DNA of 46,198 nucleotides from a virus (lineage: Duplodnaviria > Caudoviricetes): IMG/VR virus record IMGVR_UViG_3300037424_000299, positions 1-46,198 of that record; one strand, written 5' to 3'. The notes beneath the pieces were generated by a model, which worked only from the letters and a program-made list of their open reading frames with translations, ran no database searches and was not told the origin of the DNA. A program made the position numbers and the translations under genes. Positions within the stretch are counted from its first letter, which is position 1. Every line of letters starts with the position of its first letter. Shown one piece after another: positions 25,251 through 34,949 of the stretch.

Positions 25251-25541
25251 TTATCTCCCTCGCAAAAACCCAAACAGTTTTTGAATAAAACTTCGCTTGG
25301 GTTCATCTGTTGGCGCTTCCCACAGTATTCTTTCGTCAGGAATATTATCGCTTTCCATGCCGTCAATCGACGCACCGCAATGGCCACAAAGACTCTTTTC
25401 CTCGCCCCATTGCCCGCAACGAGAACATTTTACCGCATTCCTAATAACAACCTCAGATTCCCTAAAGGCGGGCATGTCCCAGCTATAATCCGCCGTCGTT
25501 GCGCACATAGTTACAATAGACTTGTTTATATCGTTATCCAT
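25251..25541 (-). CDS. Small zinc-ribbon protein
   Basis: CSRC...CGHC. Confidence 0.6.
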   Translation of the reverse strand: MDNDINKSIVTMCATTADYSWDMPAFRESEVVIRNAVKCSRCGQWGEEKSLCGHCGASIDGMESDNIPDERILWEAPTDEPKRSFIQKLFGFLRGR

Positions 25542-26227
25542 TCTCTGTCATCCTTTCTCAATCCATGCTTGCAGTGTCCGCCTTTGGCGCAGTCCAGCCC
25601 GCTACCGTGCGGCGGGATGTAGTTGCGCTTAACAAACCAGCTTATCTTGTGCCGCTTGCCCTTCAACTTCTGGCAGGTGTCGCATGGTTCGACCCCATCA
25701 TCGCCGTCGAATGTAACCATTATATCCGTCGTTGCGCGCAGTTTGGCGTTATTATAAATCTCCTTGAGTGTGTTTGTGTACGAGTCGGCTTTCTCACTTA
25801 CCCATTCCAGCGCGGCAAATTCTTCCTCGCTCTGTAGTTCTTTCGCCTGCTGGAACAGCATATCCACATAACCGAGTTCCACCTCTACCCGCGCATTGAA
25901 CCACGCCAACGCGTCTCTGTCCGGTACACCCTCGCCGCCACCCGCGAGCCAGCCTGTGTCAAACGCAGCGCCGAATGCCTCGACTGTGGCCTTCTTGAAC
26001 TGGTTACGCGGTCCTGTGATCGAGCCACCTTCGATGTATGTTAGCAATGCCGCAGTTATGACGTCGTGATATCTGGCGTTGATCGCGTCCAAGTCTCCTG
26101 CTTCCTCTGCTTTGAACACGCCTGCGCGGATAGACTTACTCCACACATCGGCGGGGATCTCCTCACCCTTTCGGATGAGGTAGTCAAATGCTCGGACGAT
26201 GGGCGCTTTTAGTTCGTCGGCTATCAT
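25526..26227 (-). CDS. Minor head protein (Mu gpF/SPP1 gp7-like)
   Basis: After the portal; C-terminal PCDTCQKLKGK...PPH...C..GGHCKH. Confidence 0.65.
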   Translation of the reverse strand: MIADELKAPIVRAFDYLIRKGEEIPADVWSKSIRAGVFKAEEAGDLDAINARYHDVITAALLTYIEGGSITGPRNQFKKATVEAFGAAFDTGWLAGGGEGVPDRDALAWFNARVEVELGYVDMLFQQAKELQSEEEFAALEWVSEKADSYTNTLKEIYNNAKLRATTDIMVTFDGDDGVEPCDTCQKLKGKRHKISWFVKRNYIPPHGSGLDCAKGGHCKHGLRKDDREWITI

Positions 26228-26679
26228 CAGTCCTGCCAGACCGTCAGCCGCACAGTCAGACAACCCGACACGTACGTTGGACTTCCGCGCGTCACAATGC
26301 AGCCATACAGTGTGTTATTGGTTGTCCGGTATCCCAGCCCGATGCCCTGAGCAAACGAGAAACTGTTCAGGGCGCTTGCATAGTACGTCGAGAACGGGAT
26401 AACGCCGATGAGGTGCGCGGCATCTGCGTCCGAAACAGTCCAGGCGGCGCTATCAGCCGGGGGAGTGGGGATAGAGTCAAACAGCCACAACTCACACGCC
26501 ACGCTCTGCACCGCCGCATCGACAAGTACTGCGCTAAGGATCGTACCCGAGAAACTTTGTACCGTGGACACAGGTGCAAACACCAGCGCCACGCCGTCCG
26601 CGCCGACAAAATCCCCGGTCACATACGAGGACGCGGCGGTCATCGTCACAGAAACATCAATTACTTTCGTGTCATTCAT
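26227..26679 (-). CDS. Beta-sandwich virion-associated protein
   Basis: Coupled to the portal; alternating hydrophobic strands. Confidence 0.6.
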   Translation of the reverse strand: MNDTKVIDVSVTMTAASSYVTGDFVGADGVALVFAPVSTVQSFSGTILSAVLVDAAVQSVACELWLFDSIPTPPADSAAWTVSDADAAHLIGVIPFSTYYASALNSFSFAQGIGLGYRTTNNTLYGCIVTRGSPTYVSGCLTVRLTVWQD

Positions 26680-28193
26680 TGTTCAATCTCCTTATTTAAT
26701 GCGAGTTTGATTCCCTCAAGAACCAGCGCCGCTTCGCTTTTTGTCTCTACACCCTGCAAGCGTTCGCGCGCCTGCTCGAATGTCATCGTGCCGTCCGTGA
26801 TCGCCTTGACCATATCAGCAGGCAGGTCTACAGCGTGCCACGTAACCATCTTGCCCGCTTTTGTGACTTTATTCTGCCAGCGGTCTAACTCAATCAGCGC
26901 CTTATTGGGCGGAGGCGGGGGTTTGTTTCCGGGTTGCCTCTGGTTCTCCGCCGCGTCTTTCTGTTGCTGTTCAAGTAGCTTTTGCTGCTCAGCCTTCTCT
27001 TTCTCCTTCGCGGCAAGCCCTTCGGCAATGATCGCCTTCTGATCCTTCGATACCTCGTAGCCGAGTATCTCCATCGACAGAGTAAGAGCCTGAGGCGCGC
27101 TCAAGGCTTTCTCGAACACGCCGAACAACTGCGAAAGGCTGGTTGCCCGCTCTGCTTCGTCTGCCTGGAATATCTCAAGGCGCTCCGGCTCGAATTGCAG
27201 GTGATAGCCCGCCGCCTCTAATATCTGCTCGTTTAGTCCATTCTGGATAAGCCGAGCGTCCGGCATGATGGTCTGTGTGTAAAACTGCCGTTCGCGCGCC
27301 TGTGCCGTGGCGTAGTTCTCATCCTCAAGCAAGTGACGCGTGCCCAGCGCCATATGGATGTCATAGCGCAGTTCCTTACTGATCGATAAGTCTTTGAGCG
27401 ATTCCAGCCCATCCCCGACAATGGTGGGTTTGACGTTCGTCATGTTGAACACTTTCCACGTCATCCCACGCACGCCGGTCATAAACTTATTCCACCATGT
27501 TTCCATGCGTTCGACTTCGCCAGGAGGGGGAGCGCCGTCTACCGCCAGCAGCATGGCTTTGATCGCCCCGCGCCGCATGTAGTCACGCACCCATGCCGTG
27601 ATCGCTCCGCCGGCCTCCGCCGCTATCATGGCAGATTCAAGTGGCCAGAGGGTGGGTGGACCTAATTCCACGCTCTCATCGTCCAGCCAGAAGTGTAAGA
27701 CATACTCGCCGGGGTATAGTGCCTGTACCCCTTGCCGCCTGAATTTTATTTCCGCATTCTTTGCGCTCTCTGGGTCAAGCGTCACAGACGACGGTATCCA
27801 GTATTGCAGCTTCTTGACGTTGCCCGTCCTCGCACCTGTTCCCTTGAACCAGTACGCCCGACCAGCAGCGACGAGTGACGCCTCTGTTAGTCCCATGAAG
27901 CGGACAGGGTTGGGAAGGAAGCCTATAGCATTCTTGTAGTTATCACTGGAGTCGATAACCTTGTCGCCCTTCGCGGCGTAGATCGTAAACGGTAAGTCTG
28001 CCATAGCCTGCATCCGTGCGCCGATACCCGCGAACACAGACGGGACAAGCCGCGTGGAGCGTGCCTGCTTCGCGGTGTCGGTAGCATCAGGCGACCAGAC
28101 ACCGGGCGTTTCGTCGGTGTAGGGATTGATTCCCTTGACCCTGAAAATTTCCTGGTGCCGTGACCCATCCGTCATAATAATTTTATTTGCCAT
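26676..28193 (-). CDS. Portal protein
   Basis: After TerL; VPSVFAGI..., GRAYW, ENYATA and FYTQTIMP are HK97-type portal patterns. Confidence 0.88.
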   Translation of the reverse strand: MANKIIMTDGSRHQEIFRVKGINPYTDETPGVWSPDATDTAKQARSTRLVPSVFAGIGARMQAMADLPFTIYAAKGDKVIDSSDNYKNAIGFLPNPVRFMGLTEASLVAAGRAYWFKGTGARTGNVKKLQYWIPSSVTLDPESAKNAEIKFRRQGVQALYPGEYVLHFWLDDESVELGPPTLWPLESAMIAAEAGGAITAWVRDYMRRGAIKAMLLAVDGAPPPGEVERMETWWNKFMTGVRGMTWKVFNMTNVKPTIVGDGLESLKDLSISKELRYDIHMALGTRHLLEDENYATAQARERQFYTQTIMPDARLIQNGLNEQILEAAGYHLQFEPERLEIFQADEAERATSLSQLFGVFEKALSAPQALTLSMEILGYEVSKDQKAIIAEGLAAKEKEKAEQQKLLEQQQKDAAENQRQPGNKPPPPPNKALIELDRWQNKVTKAGKMVTWHAVDLPADMVKAITDGTMTFEQARERLQGVETKSEAALVLEGIKLALNKEIEQ

Positions 28194-28201
28194 CTATCCT
28201 C

Positions 28202-29428
28202 CTAAGACATCCACCATGTAGGCGTTTCAATTCCACTAGCCACGTAACGCAAGGCGTCAAGGTGGTGGTAGTCATTCTTGTTTTTGATCTTCTCTGTCGG
28301 CTGACCGTTGTCGTCCAGTTCTCGGCTATACGTTCCAAACTCATCAATAACGCCAGTACAAGACCTGAATACAAATAGGCGCTTTTCCTTGAGTAAAGCA
28401 ATCACCCGATTGATACCAGCCTCTACGTCGCTGATTTTTGGCTCGTCTACATATAAGCCCGCCGCGTTCCAATCCATGCGCTGCTGTGACTCTGACTTCG
28501 CACCGCCCCAGGCTCGCAGGTTGTTTTCGTTGTACGTCTTTACGCCGTCAACATGTTGCTTGGTGGTCTTGTTTCCTTCCAGCGATTCGCGGTACAGGTA
28601 GTTCAGCATGGAGTCAGGATCTTGTGCGATATATACCTTTGCAGTATGCACACCTCCGAAGTCAACGCCAAGATAGCGCGCCCAATGAAGCGGTATGTCG
28701 AAATCTGGTATCTGGTGTAGGTCTGAAAAATCCTCATATATCATCCCGGCAGGTCTGCTAAATTCGCCGTTGTAAAACATCTCGAATTTCCACGTCGGCA
28801 GGGTTCGCCGCGCCCGTTCGTACTCCTCTTTTGGGAACGCCGGGTTCATGATGCTCTTGAACTGGACAACCTGTATATCTGGATCGCCGCCGCGCCATTT
28901 GTCGAATATCTGCGTTTTGAGCCATCCCAGGTTGTACGGGGTAGTCCCAGCCAACACGCGCCCCTGTGACAGAGACAGACGGCGCAATATCGCCTCCCAG
29001 GCGCCAACCTTGACCCCGTCCTGCCCGCACTCGTCGAACAGAGCCGCCTTTGCGCTTGCCGACTCCAGCCCACCCTCGGCGTCGGCGGAACGCATGATAA
29101 TGCGGGTAAACATGCGAGGCTTGTACTGACGTACCAGCGCACGATCAGACGCGGCATACTCCCACTTGAATAGATGCTCAAAGAATCCCCGCATCTCTGG
29201 GAGAAACTTAAGCTTCATCAGATCATAGGTAGCCGTTACTGCCAAGTAGTCACCTTCGCCTTTTTCGCGTATCTCCCTGTCGAGCAGCAGTGGCATGAAC
29301 GAAGTCTTGCCGCTTTGTGTCCCGGCAATGATGAAAACGAAACGCTTCTTACTCTCCCATGCCCGCGTTTGTCCTGGGTGGAGATTGACAGTAAGTTTGC
29401 CGTCCTCGAAGTGGAGTAATTCACTCAC
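28202..29428 (-). CDS. terL: Terminase large subunit
   Basis: LHPGQ, Walker A AGTQSGKT, Walker B LFDECG, TTP, nuclease GVDFG and HHLDALRY. Confidence 0.95.
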   Translation of the reverse strand: MSELLHFEDGKLTVNLHPGQTRAWESKKRFVFIIAGTQSGKTSFMPLLLDREIREKGEGDYLAVTATYDLMKLKFLPEMRGFFEHLFKWEYAASDRALVRQYKPRMFTRIIMRSADAEGGLESASAKAALFDECGQDGVKVGAWEAILRRLSLSQGRVLAGTTPYNLGWLKTQIFDKWRGGDPDIQVVQFKSIMNPAFPKEEYERARRTLPTWKFEMFYNGEFSRPAGMIYEDFSDLHQIPDFDIPLHWARYLGVDFGGVHTAKVYIAQDPDSMLNYLYRESLEGNKTTKQHVDGVKTYNENNLRAWGGAKSESQQRMDWNAAGLYVDEPKISDVEAGINRVIALLKEKRLFVFRSCTGVIDEFGTYSRELDDNGQPTEKIKNKNDYHHLDALRYVASGIETPTWWMS

Positions 29429-29771
29429 TTGTATCCTTTTCGTAGGTCTTGACTATTTCAATCGTCGTCACGGCGAGTATCAGCGGCTCGCCGTCCTTGC
29501 CGGTGAGTTCCACTTCCTCTTTCACCTTGCCGTATGCAAACTCGGCAAAGCTCTTGCGGTCCTTCGACTTCATCCAGGCTTCGAAGAACATCTCGGCGTT
29601 GGTGACAATCTTCCCATTCTTGACAATCTGCTGCCCGTTCGCGTCCAGCGCCGGTTCGTTCATCTTCGCCTGCGCCAGCTTACGAGCCGCGTCGAAACTG
29701 CGGGGACGACCTTTTCGGTTGATCCTCGCATCTCCTTTCTCGAACGGTATCAGGTTGCTTTCATTTGCCAT
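29421..29771 (-). CDS. terS: Terminase small subunit (putative)
   Basis: NLIPFEKGDARINRKGRP...EFAYGKV...ELTGKDGEP; directly upstream of terL. Confidence 0.75.
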   Translation of the reverse strand: MANESNLIPFEKGDARINRKGRPRSFDAARKLAQAKMNEPALDANGQQIVKNGKIVTNAEMFFEAWMKSKDRKSFAEFAYGKVKEEVELTGKDGEPLILAVTTIEIVKTYEKDTSE

Positions 29772-29796
29772 TTTCTCTGTATTCTCACTGTACTCG

Positions 29797-31014
29797 TCAC
29801 TCTACCCGCTTGATTTCGAGGGCTGGGAACGCAGTCGCCATCCGTTCAAGCGCTACGCTACAATATGCTGGCGAGATTTCCACAGCCCTACAGCGGCGGT
29901 GCAGGTTCTCGCAGGCGACGAGGGTTGTGCCTGAGCCGGAGAAAGGCTCGTACACCATGTCGCCGCTTTGTGTGCTGTTATGCAGGCATTTTTCAACCAA
30001 CGCGGGCGGCTTCATTGTTGGGTGTTCTTCGCTTCGCTTTGGGCGGTCAATCGGCAGCACGCTTACTTGGTTGCGTTCGCCGTACCAGAATCGATTTGAA
30101 GCCTTCCATCCGTAGTGGATACCCTCGTGCTGAAGGTGGTAGTCCGAATGTCCCAGCACCATACTGTCCTTCACCCAAACAATTTCCTCGTGAAACTTCC
30201 AGCCAACGTCCAAGAAAGCCTTACCAAACACAAACTGTAGCGCACCCGCCGGGTGCGCTACATAAATCGGCGCACCGTCAACCAAAACAGAGTTGGCTGC
30301 AGAATAACTGCCCGCCAATAATTGCGGTAAATCGTCTGCCCCGTCGTTCTCAATCGTCAACGCATCCTTTGTCTTACCCACGTATTCCACACCATACGGC
30401 GGGTCGGTCCACATACAAACAGCACTTTCTCCTCCCATCACCCGCGCCACCGTCGCCGCGTCTGTGCAGTCGCCGCAAATCAGGCGATGCTCACCAATCT
30501 GCCATAGTTGCCCAAACTCCACGCCCCATTTCTCCAACAACTCGGCGGCTCTGTCTGTTTCCGGCTCCGCGTCCGCGCTCGGCTGTTCGCTCTTGAGCAT
30601 CTCTTTTAGGTTGTTGGCGTCGTTGTTCCAGACGTTCAGCGTGTCCTTGTCGAAGCCCCAATCTGTAAGCGTGTCGGTATTCCATCCAGAAAGCGCGTTC
30701 CAGTCCCATGATCCCGTAGCGTTCGCCAGTGCCAGCACAAGCGCCCGTCGTTCATCGTCCGCGAGCATCTTCGAAGATTGGCGCGCATCGACTTCGAAGC
30801 CTGCGCCGTGGATGGTCAGTAAAGCCGAAAGCCGCTGGTGTCCGTCGTAGACTTCGAAGTTTGGACCCACGGCAATCGGCGCAACTTGCCCGAATTTCTC
30901 AAACGAAGCCAGTATCCGCTTCGCCTGCGCCTTCGAAGATTGACGCGGGTTATCCGCCCACGGTTTCAGGTCGCCTAGCTTGACTGTGATATTCGTCCAG
31001 GTTATGTCGCTCAA
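29797..31014 (-). CDS. ParB-like N-terminus plus N6-adenine/N4-cytosine DNA methyltransferase
   Basis: LKPWADNPR, YDGHQRL; TDPPY, HPTMKP, EPFSGSGTT; TTG start after AGGAG. Confidence 0.92.
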   Translation of the reverse strand: MSDITWTNITVKLGDLKPWADNPRQSSKAQAKRILASFEKFGQVAPIAVGPNFEVYDGHQRLSALLTIHGAGFEVDARQSSKMLADDERRALVLALANATGSWDWNALSGWNTDTLTDWGFDKDTLNVWNNDANNLKEMLKSEQPSADAEPETDRAAELLEKWGVEFGQLWQIGEHRLICGDCTDAATVARVMGGESAVCMWTDPPYGVEYVGKTKDALTIENDGADDLPQLLAGSYSAANSVLVDGAPIYVAHPAGALQFVFGKAFLDVGWKFHEEIVWVKDSMVLGHSDYHLQHEGIHYGWKASNRFWYGERNQVSVLPIDRPKRSEEHPTMKPPALVEKCLHNSTQSGDMVYEPFSGSGTTLVACENLHRRCRAVEISPAYCSVALERMATAFPALEIKRVE

Positions 31015-31175
31015 TTCACGTTCTCCTGTCTCTTCGGCGATTCCACGCTGATCTCGCCGCCGGAGCATCTGACACGGCAGGGGTACTTGACGTGCGGGCT
31101 TTCCAGCCGGTGCCAGAACGCCCACAGCAGGAGGGTGATGGTGAAGAGGCAGAATTTGACAAGCCATGGTTTCAT
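31011..31175 (-). CDS. Small TM protein (54 aa)
   Basis: Read manually: MKPWLVKFCLFTITLLLWAFW; coupled on both sides. Confidence 0.5.
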   Translation of the reverse strand: MKPWLVKFCLFTITLLLWAFWHRLESPHVKYPCRVRCSGGEISVESPKRQENVN

Positions 31176-31372
31176 ACACCCTTCCTTTCAAAATATCTGA
31201 AGGATAAAGTTCTCCAGCCCGTCAATCGATACGAAACAGTAACCCCGTTATCAGAGGATTCCGCTGTCTCGTTTGTAATCTCCATTCCAAATATTTCGAT
31301 TTCACCTTTCTCAATGCGCCTTATGAGGTTCTTTAGCTGCTTCACAAGTTCTTTTTTATCTTCCGTTTTCAT
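31172..31372 (-). CDS. Hypothetical protein
   Basis: Start MKTEDKK, ATGA coupling. Confidence 0.55.
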   Translation of the reverse strand: MKTEDKKELVKQLKNLIRRIEKGEIEIFGMEITNETAESSDNGVTVSYRLTGWRTLSFRYFERKGV

Positions 31373-31980
31373 GCGTGTTCCTTCCTTCCAGTGGGGGAGA
31401 GGACGCGGGTTAGATCCAGTTTGCGCCTCTGAAATAAATAAATGTTCTCGCTGCCATATGCCCATCTCGCAATTCTGCCGACTGGACCGTTCAAATAGAA
31501 CAGCGTTTTTGCCGCGCTCAAATATCCAACCTCTAAAGGGAAGCGTCCTGAATACATTCCCGTAACTCGTTCTCCTGTTTCCTTGTTTATCATGTCAAAC
31601 TCGATATCTTCTTTGACGTCAATATACCCATCTTCGTCTTGCGTACCTCCCCAAAACTTTCCAGAGAATGGATAAACAAGAGTGTGTAACGCTTCGTTGT
31701 TGGCTTTAATGTTCTTGTCGTGCGCTGCTTCCTTTCCTATAACCAGAGTGGCACAAACGACATCAGCACACGTCAGTAGTGCGTGTACCTGCATAAATGG
31801 ATAAGCGTCGTATATATCAAACTCTCCGAAACGCTCAAACTTCTGAAAAACAATGTCTCGGTGTTTGAAAAAACCGTCACGCAGTTTTTGAACATAAACC
31901 GCAATAGTCGCCATCGTCTCAGGATTACCCATAACACCCGAGACACTCTTTTTAATAGCCTGTTCTATAAACGTGTCCAT
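31369..31980 (-). CDS. Hypothetical protein (AT-richer)
   Basis: 203-aa ORF with RBS GGAG. Confidence 0.7.
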   Translation of the reverse strand: MDTFIEQAIKKSVSGVMGNPETMATIAVYVQKLRDGFFKHRDIVFQKFERFGEFDIYDAYPFMQVHALLTCADVVCATLVIGKEAAHDKNIKANNEALHTLVYPFSGKFWGGTQDEDGYIDVKEDIEFDMINKETGERVTGMYSGRFPLEVGYLSAAKTLFYLNGPVGRIARWAYGSENIYLFQRRKLDLTRVLSPTGRKEHA

Positions 31981-31993
31981 TTATCTCCATCTC

Positions 31994-33166
31994 TCATTGA
32001 ACATCTTTATGAATCCCCGCGAGCGCCGCTACACCATCAGCGGACAGATGAACTCCGTCACCCTGATTGTAGGCAGTCAGTAAATCGTCTATCTCGCCCG
32101 TACTTACTCGCACTTGTCCCATTGCATCGTGACAGAGGATCAACCTGGCTCCATTGGCAGCGCACCATACAGCTAGAGCAGCGTTGAGCGTTCTTATCGC
32201 CGCGGCTTGCGCATCAGATCCAGCCGTCCACGGCAATACCTCATCGATCATTAGTATTTGCCCTGCTAGTAATTGCGCCTTGATACCATTTAGGGCAGTC
32301 TCTACATCTGCCCATGCAGTTCCCAGGCTCACATCGTTGATCCCGCAATGCACAATAATCGCCTTTGGTTTGCGTTCCACACACTCAGGCATCCCGGTAG
32401 TGTTGACCCACGACATAATTTGGGAGCCGAGTGAAAAATTCTGATACTGCAAAACCGTCCCATCCCCAATCAGGCCGCGCAGTTGGTTTGCTATTTCGCT
32501 GGTTGGTTCCCCGCCCGGTAACGTTGCAGTCAGGGCTACATTGTGCATAGCACCATGCCAGTTCGCCGCACCATTGTGTCCCTCGGGTATTGAGTCGCCT
32601 GTCACACAGAGATATGGCAGATTTGACAAAACATCTACATCCATCTGTGATGAGAGGCTGTCTGTAACAAACGCATCCCCGCCCGCCCCAATATCTCCAG
32701 ATGTGACTTTTGTTTTTATCGTGCTATTGGGAGTGCTAAATCTCAGCCGGGCGTTGACGGTCGGCAAAAACATCCCGACAACATCTCCCATTTGAACTGC
32801 AATAGGAGCGGCGAGAGCCACGGTTACAGCACCCGTAGCCGCGGGTGTGAATGCCTGTTCAGCCACAAAATCAAAATTACTCGTCCCGCTGTTGTAGCGA
32901 TAGACTTTGAATTTCCACACCTGCCCCGCACCGAAGCCGCCGACATTGACGGTGACACCTCGAATGTATCCATCCTGCCGAATTGCGAGACCCGGAGCGA
33001 TGTACGTTCTGCCAGTCGCATCAATGCCTGTCGTGGTGGTGCTTGCGAGCCAATCCGCCTGAGCGCGTCCACCAACATTTATCCTGTCAGCCAGCGATTG
33101 CCATGCGCCGATCTCACCAGTAAGGCTCCGCCGATTCGCTATCAATGTCAAAAATCTATCTCTCAT
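31994..33166 (-). CDS. SGNH/GDSL hydrolase with N-terminal beta-sandwich
   Basis: TGDSI, G block, CGIND, DGVHL catalytic blocks. Confidence 0.88.
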   Translation of the reverse strand: MRDRFLTLIANRRSLTGEIGAWQSLADRINVGGRAQADWLASTTTTGIDATGRTYIAPGLAIRQDGYIRGVTVNVGGFGAGQVWKFKVYRYNSGTSNFDFVAEQAFTPAATGAVTVALAAPIAVQMGDVVGMFLPTVNARLRFSTPNSTIKTKVTSGDIGAGGDAFVTDSLSSQMDVDVLSNLPYLCVTGDSIPEGHNGAANWHGAMHNVALTATLPGGEPTSEIANQLRGLIGDGTVLQYQNFSLGSQIMSWVNTTGMPECVERKPKAIIVHCGINDVSLGTAWADVETALNGIKAQLLAGQILMIDEVLPWTAGSDAQAAAIRTLNAALAVWCAANGARLILCHDAMGQVRVSTGEIDDLLTAYNQGDGVHLSADGVAALAGIHKDVQ

Positions 33167-33208
33167 CCGTTCCTCCGTTGTACCACCTCGCTTGGCGCCG
33201 GACCTGTT

Positions 33209-33715
33209 TCACTCGTTACCCAAGTACCAGCATTGGTACGGGTAAATCACTAGCTTGCCTTCGTTGTAGTTCTCCAGCGTCGCGCAGTATTCACGCTTCA
33301 TCACGGCCCGCCAGTTTGAATCCTGCAAGTAAATCCTCTTTTGCGTGATCCTGTCTGTCACTGTCAAGTGGCTTATCCTGCCACCCACTGACAAGATAAT
33401 TGCACGGTTCGGTGCCTCTAGAAATCTTTTCGCAAACCGCCACCACTTTCCCAGCGGTTCCAGGCTTCCGCAACTTGCCAGCCGCTTGAGCCTGTCCCCT
33501 GCTACGTCGCACACGAGCCGAGTCATAAGCCTGTGATCACTACCTCCTGTCACAACGTCCTTGAGCATCCGTTTTCGCGACAAGTAGCAGATAATCTCGT
33601 TGAAAAGCTCCTGGCTTTGCGCCGTGGTCGATCCGTTGACGATCCTATCTGCGTTGACTATGCTGTATACGCCACAGAGACAGTCCAAATAGCCCTGTAC
33701 GAACGGCTCGCTCAA
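33209..33715 (-). CDS. Papain-fold (C39-like) cysteine peptidase
   Basis: QGYLDCLCGVYSIVNA...SHLTV...LQDS (Q, C, H, D). Confidence 0.65.
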   Translation of the reverse strand: MSEPFVQGYLDCLCGVYSIVNADRIVNGSTTAQSQELFNEIICYLSRKRMLKDVVTGGSDHRLMTRLVCDVAGDRLKRLASCGSLEPLGKWWRFAKRFLEAPNRAIILSVGGRISHLTVTDRITQKRIYLQDSNWRAVMKREYCATLENYNEGKLVIYPYQCWYLGNE

Positions 33716-33778
33716 TCACTATCCTTTCTTAGAACAAACACTCTGCAAAATCAGTACAATTCTGCACCTTGTTTACCC

Positions 33779-33807
33779 TTGACAAACCCAAGCGCTTAGG
33801 ATAATAT
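33779..33807 (+). promoter_or_regulatory. Promoter with palindromic operator in the spacer
   Basis: TTGACA-17 bp-TAATAT; spacer contains CCCAAGCGCTTAGG. Confidence 0.75.
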
Positions 33808-33829
33808 TGGAACATACAGGAGATACAAA

Positions 33830-34096
33830 ATGACACACACTCACTCGCCCAAATCAACCCGCACGATCTTAGGAAACGACTTACACGAATGCTCATGTGG
33901 CGCTCGCAAGTGGTCGCACGGACACACAATTGTTGGAGCAGTCCTTGACACTGACGGCTGGTATGTCGCAGAGACGACCGAAACCAAGGAAGAAGCCGCC
34001 CGTCGACAAGCTGTTGAAATGCTCCAGACCGAAGGCTACGGATACGGCAAAGAAGCGATTGACCTGCTCGACTCCCATATGCCCAATATCGACTAG
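33830..34096 (+). CDS. Hypothetical protein
   Basis: RBS CAGGAG; HECSCG. Confidence 0.7.
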   Translation: MTHTHSPKSTRTILGNDLHECSCGARKWSHGHTIVGAVLDTDGWYVAETTETKEEAARRQAVEMLQTEGYGYGKEAIDLLDSHMPNID

Positions 34097-34105
34097 AAAA
34101 AAATC

Positions 34106-34387
34106 ATGAGAATACAACTTGAAATTATCGACATAGAGACAAGCAGCGTCCTTGAGGATCTTGGCGAATGCCTGACAAACAATCCAGACCGCGCGGCGCA
34201 GATGTACGAGGACGATTGCACCGAGTGGGCAGACAAGGGATACTCCGCAAGTATCCACTGGACCGACATCACCGACCAAGCCGCCGCAAGCCTTGGCAGA
34301 CGCGGTGGAAAATCCCGCAGCGACGCCAAGCGCAAAGCCAACGCCGCTAACGGCAAACTCGGGGGCAGACCCGTAACAAAAAAGTAA
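34106..34387 (+). CDS. Protein with basic LGRRGG...NGKLGGRP DNA-binding-like tail
   Basis: AAASLGRRGGKSRSDAKRKANAANGKLGGRP. Confidence 0.7.
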   Translation: MRIQLEIIDIETSSVLEDLGECLTNNPDRAAQMYEDDCTEWADKGYSASIHWTDITDQAAASLGRRGGKSRSDAKRKANAANGKLGGRPVTKK

Positions 34388-34408
34388 ACTCATATCTCCT
34401 TCACTCAT

Positions 34409-34436
34409 GCCCCGCTCCGGCGGGGTTTTTGCTTTG
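34409..34436 (+). terminator. Intrinsic terminator
   Basis: GCCCCGC-TCCG-GCGGGGT-TTTT. Confidence 0.85.
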
Positions 34437-34459
34437 ATTTAGACAACATCTGTTGCCTA

Positions 34460-34488
34460 TTGCCTTTTACCGGCAAAAAGGCTATAAT
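34460..34488 (+). promoter_or_regulatory. Sigma70-type promoter for a non-coding transcript
   Basis: TTGCCT-17 bp-TATAAT. Confidence 0.7.
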
Positions 34489-34494
34489 TGGTAA

Positions 34495-34660
34495 CGACGG
34501 TTCGGCAATCCGTCAGCTTAAGCAGCCAGGGTACGAATGGGAACCGTTGCGTGACAGCGCAAGCCCAAAGCCGAGTACCCGCTCCCCGCACTTCCCCCGC
34601 GCATGCGGGTAGTGCAAGAAAGTTCAGACGTGCAGCCTCCCCGAACAGGGGAGGTTCGCT
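34495..34660 (+). ncRNA. Candidate structured ncRNA
   Basis: Consecutive and nested stems downstream of a promoter; no credible RBS/ORF. Confidence 0.55.
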
Positions 34661-34666
34661 TATTGG

Positions 34667-34933
34667 TCATAGTTCAATCCATTTGCCGGTCAATAAATAC
34701 ATAAGTTCCTTTCTACCAAAGCCTCCGCGCTCAGCGAGTCTTTCCAAACTCTGCTTTGTTCCGTACTGTTTTGAATATTCCCTATACGCGATCTCTGCCA
34801 GCCACCACGGGATTGTAGATTCTGCGCGGCGGTCTGGTCCAAAGTTAGCTTGAATCGGGAATGGTCTTGTGTCATCTGTTTCCAAATCGCGCTCTACGGC
34901 GTTTCTTTCTGTTGTTGAGTAACTCATCGTCAT
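34667..34933 (-). CDS. Hypothetical protein
   Basis: IPWWLAEIAYREYSKQYGTKQSLERLAERGGFG. Confidence 0.65.
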   Translation of the reverse strand: MTMSYSTTERNAVERDLETDDTRPFPIQANFGPDRRAESTIPWWLAEIAYREYSKQYGTKQSLERLAERGGFGRKELMYLLTGKWIEL

Positions 34934-34949
34934 CCTTTCCGGCTTACGC

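Noticed and set aside
34539-34572. GGGAACC...CCCAAAGCC resembling a c-di-GMP-I riboswitch
   Set aside because: No GNRA/receptor pair or complete architecture, and no downstream gene on that strand.
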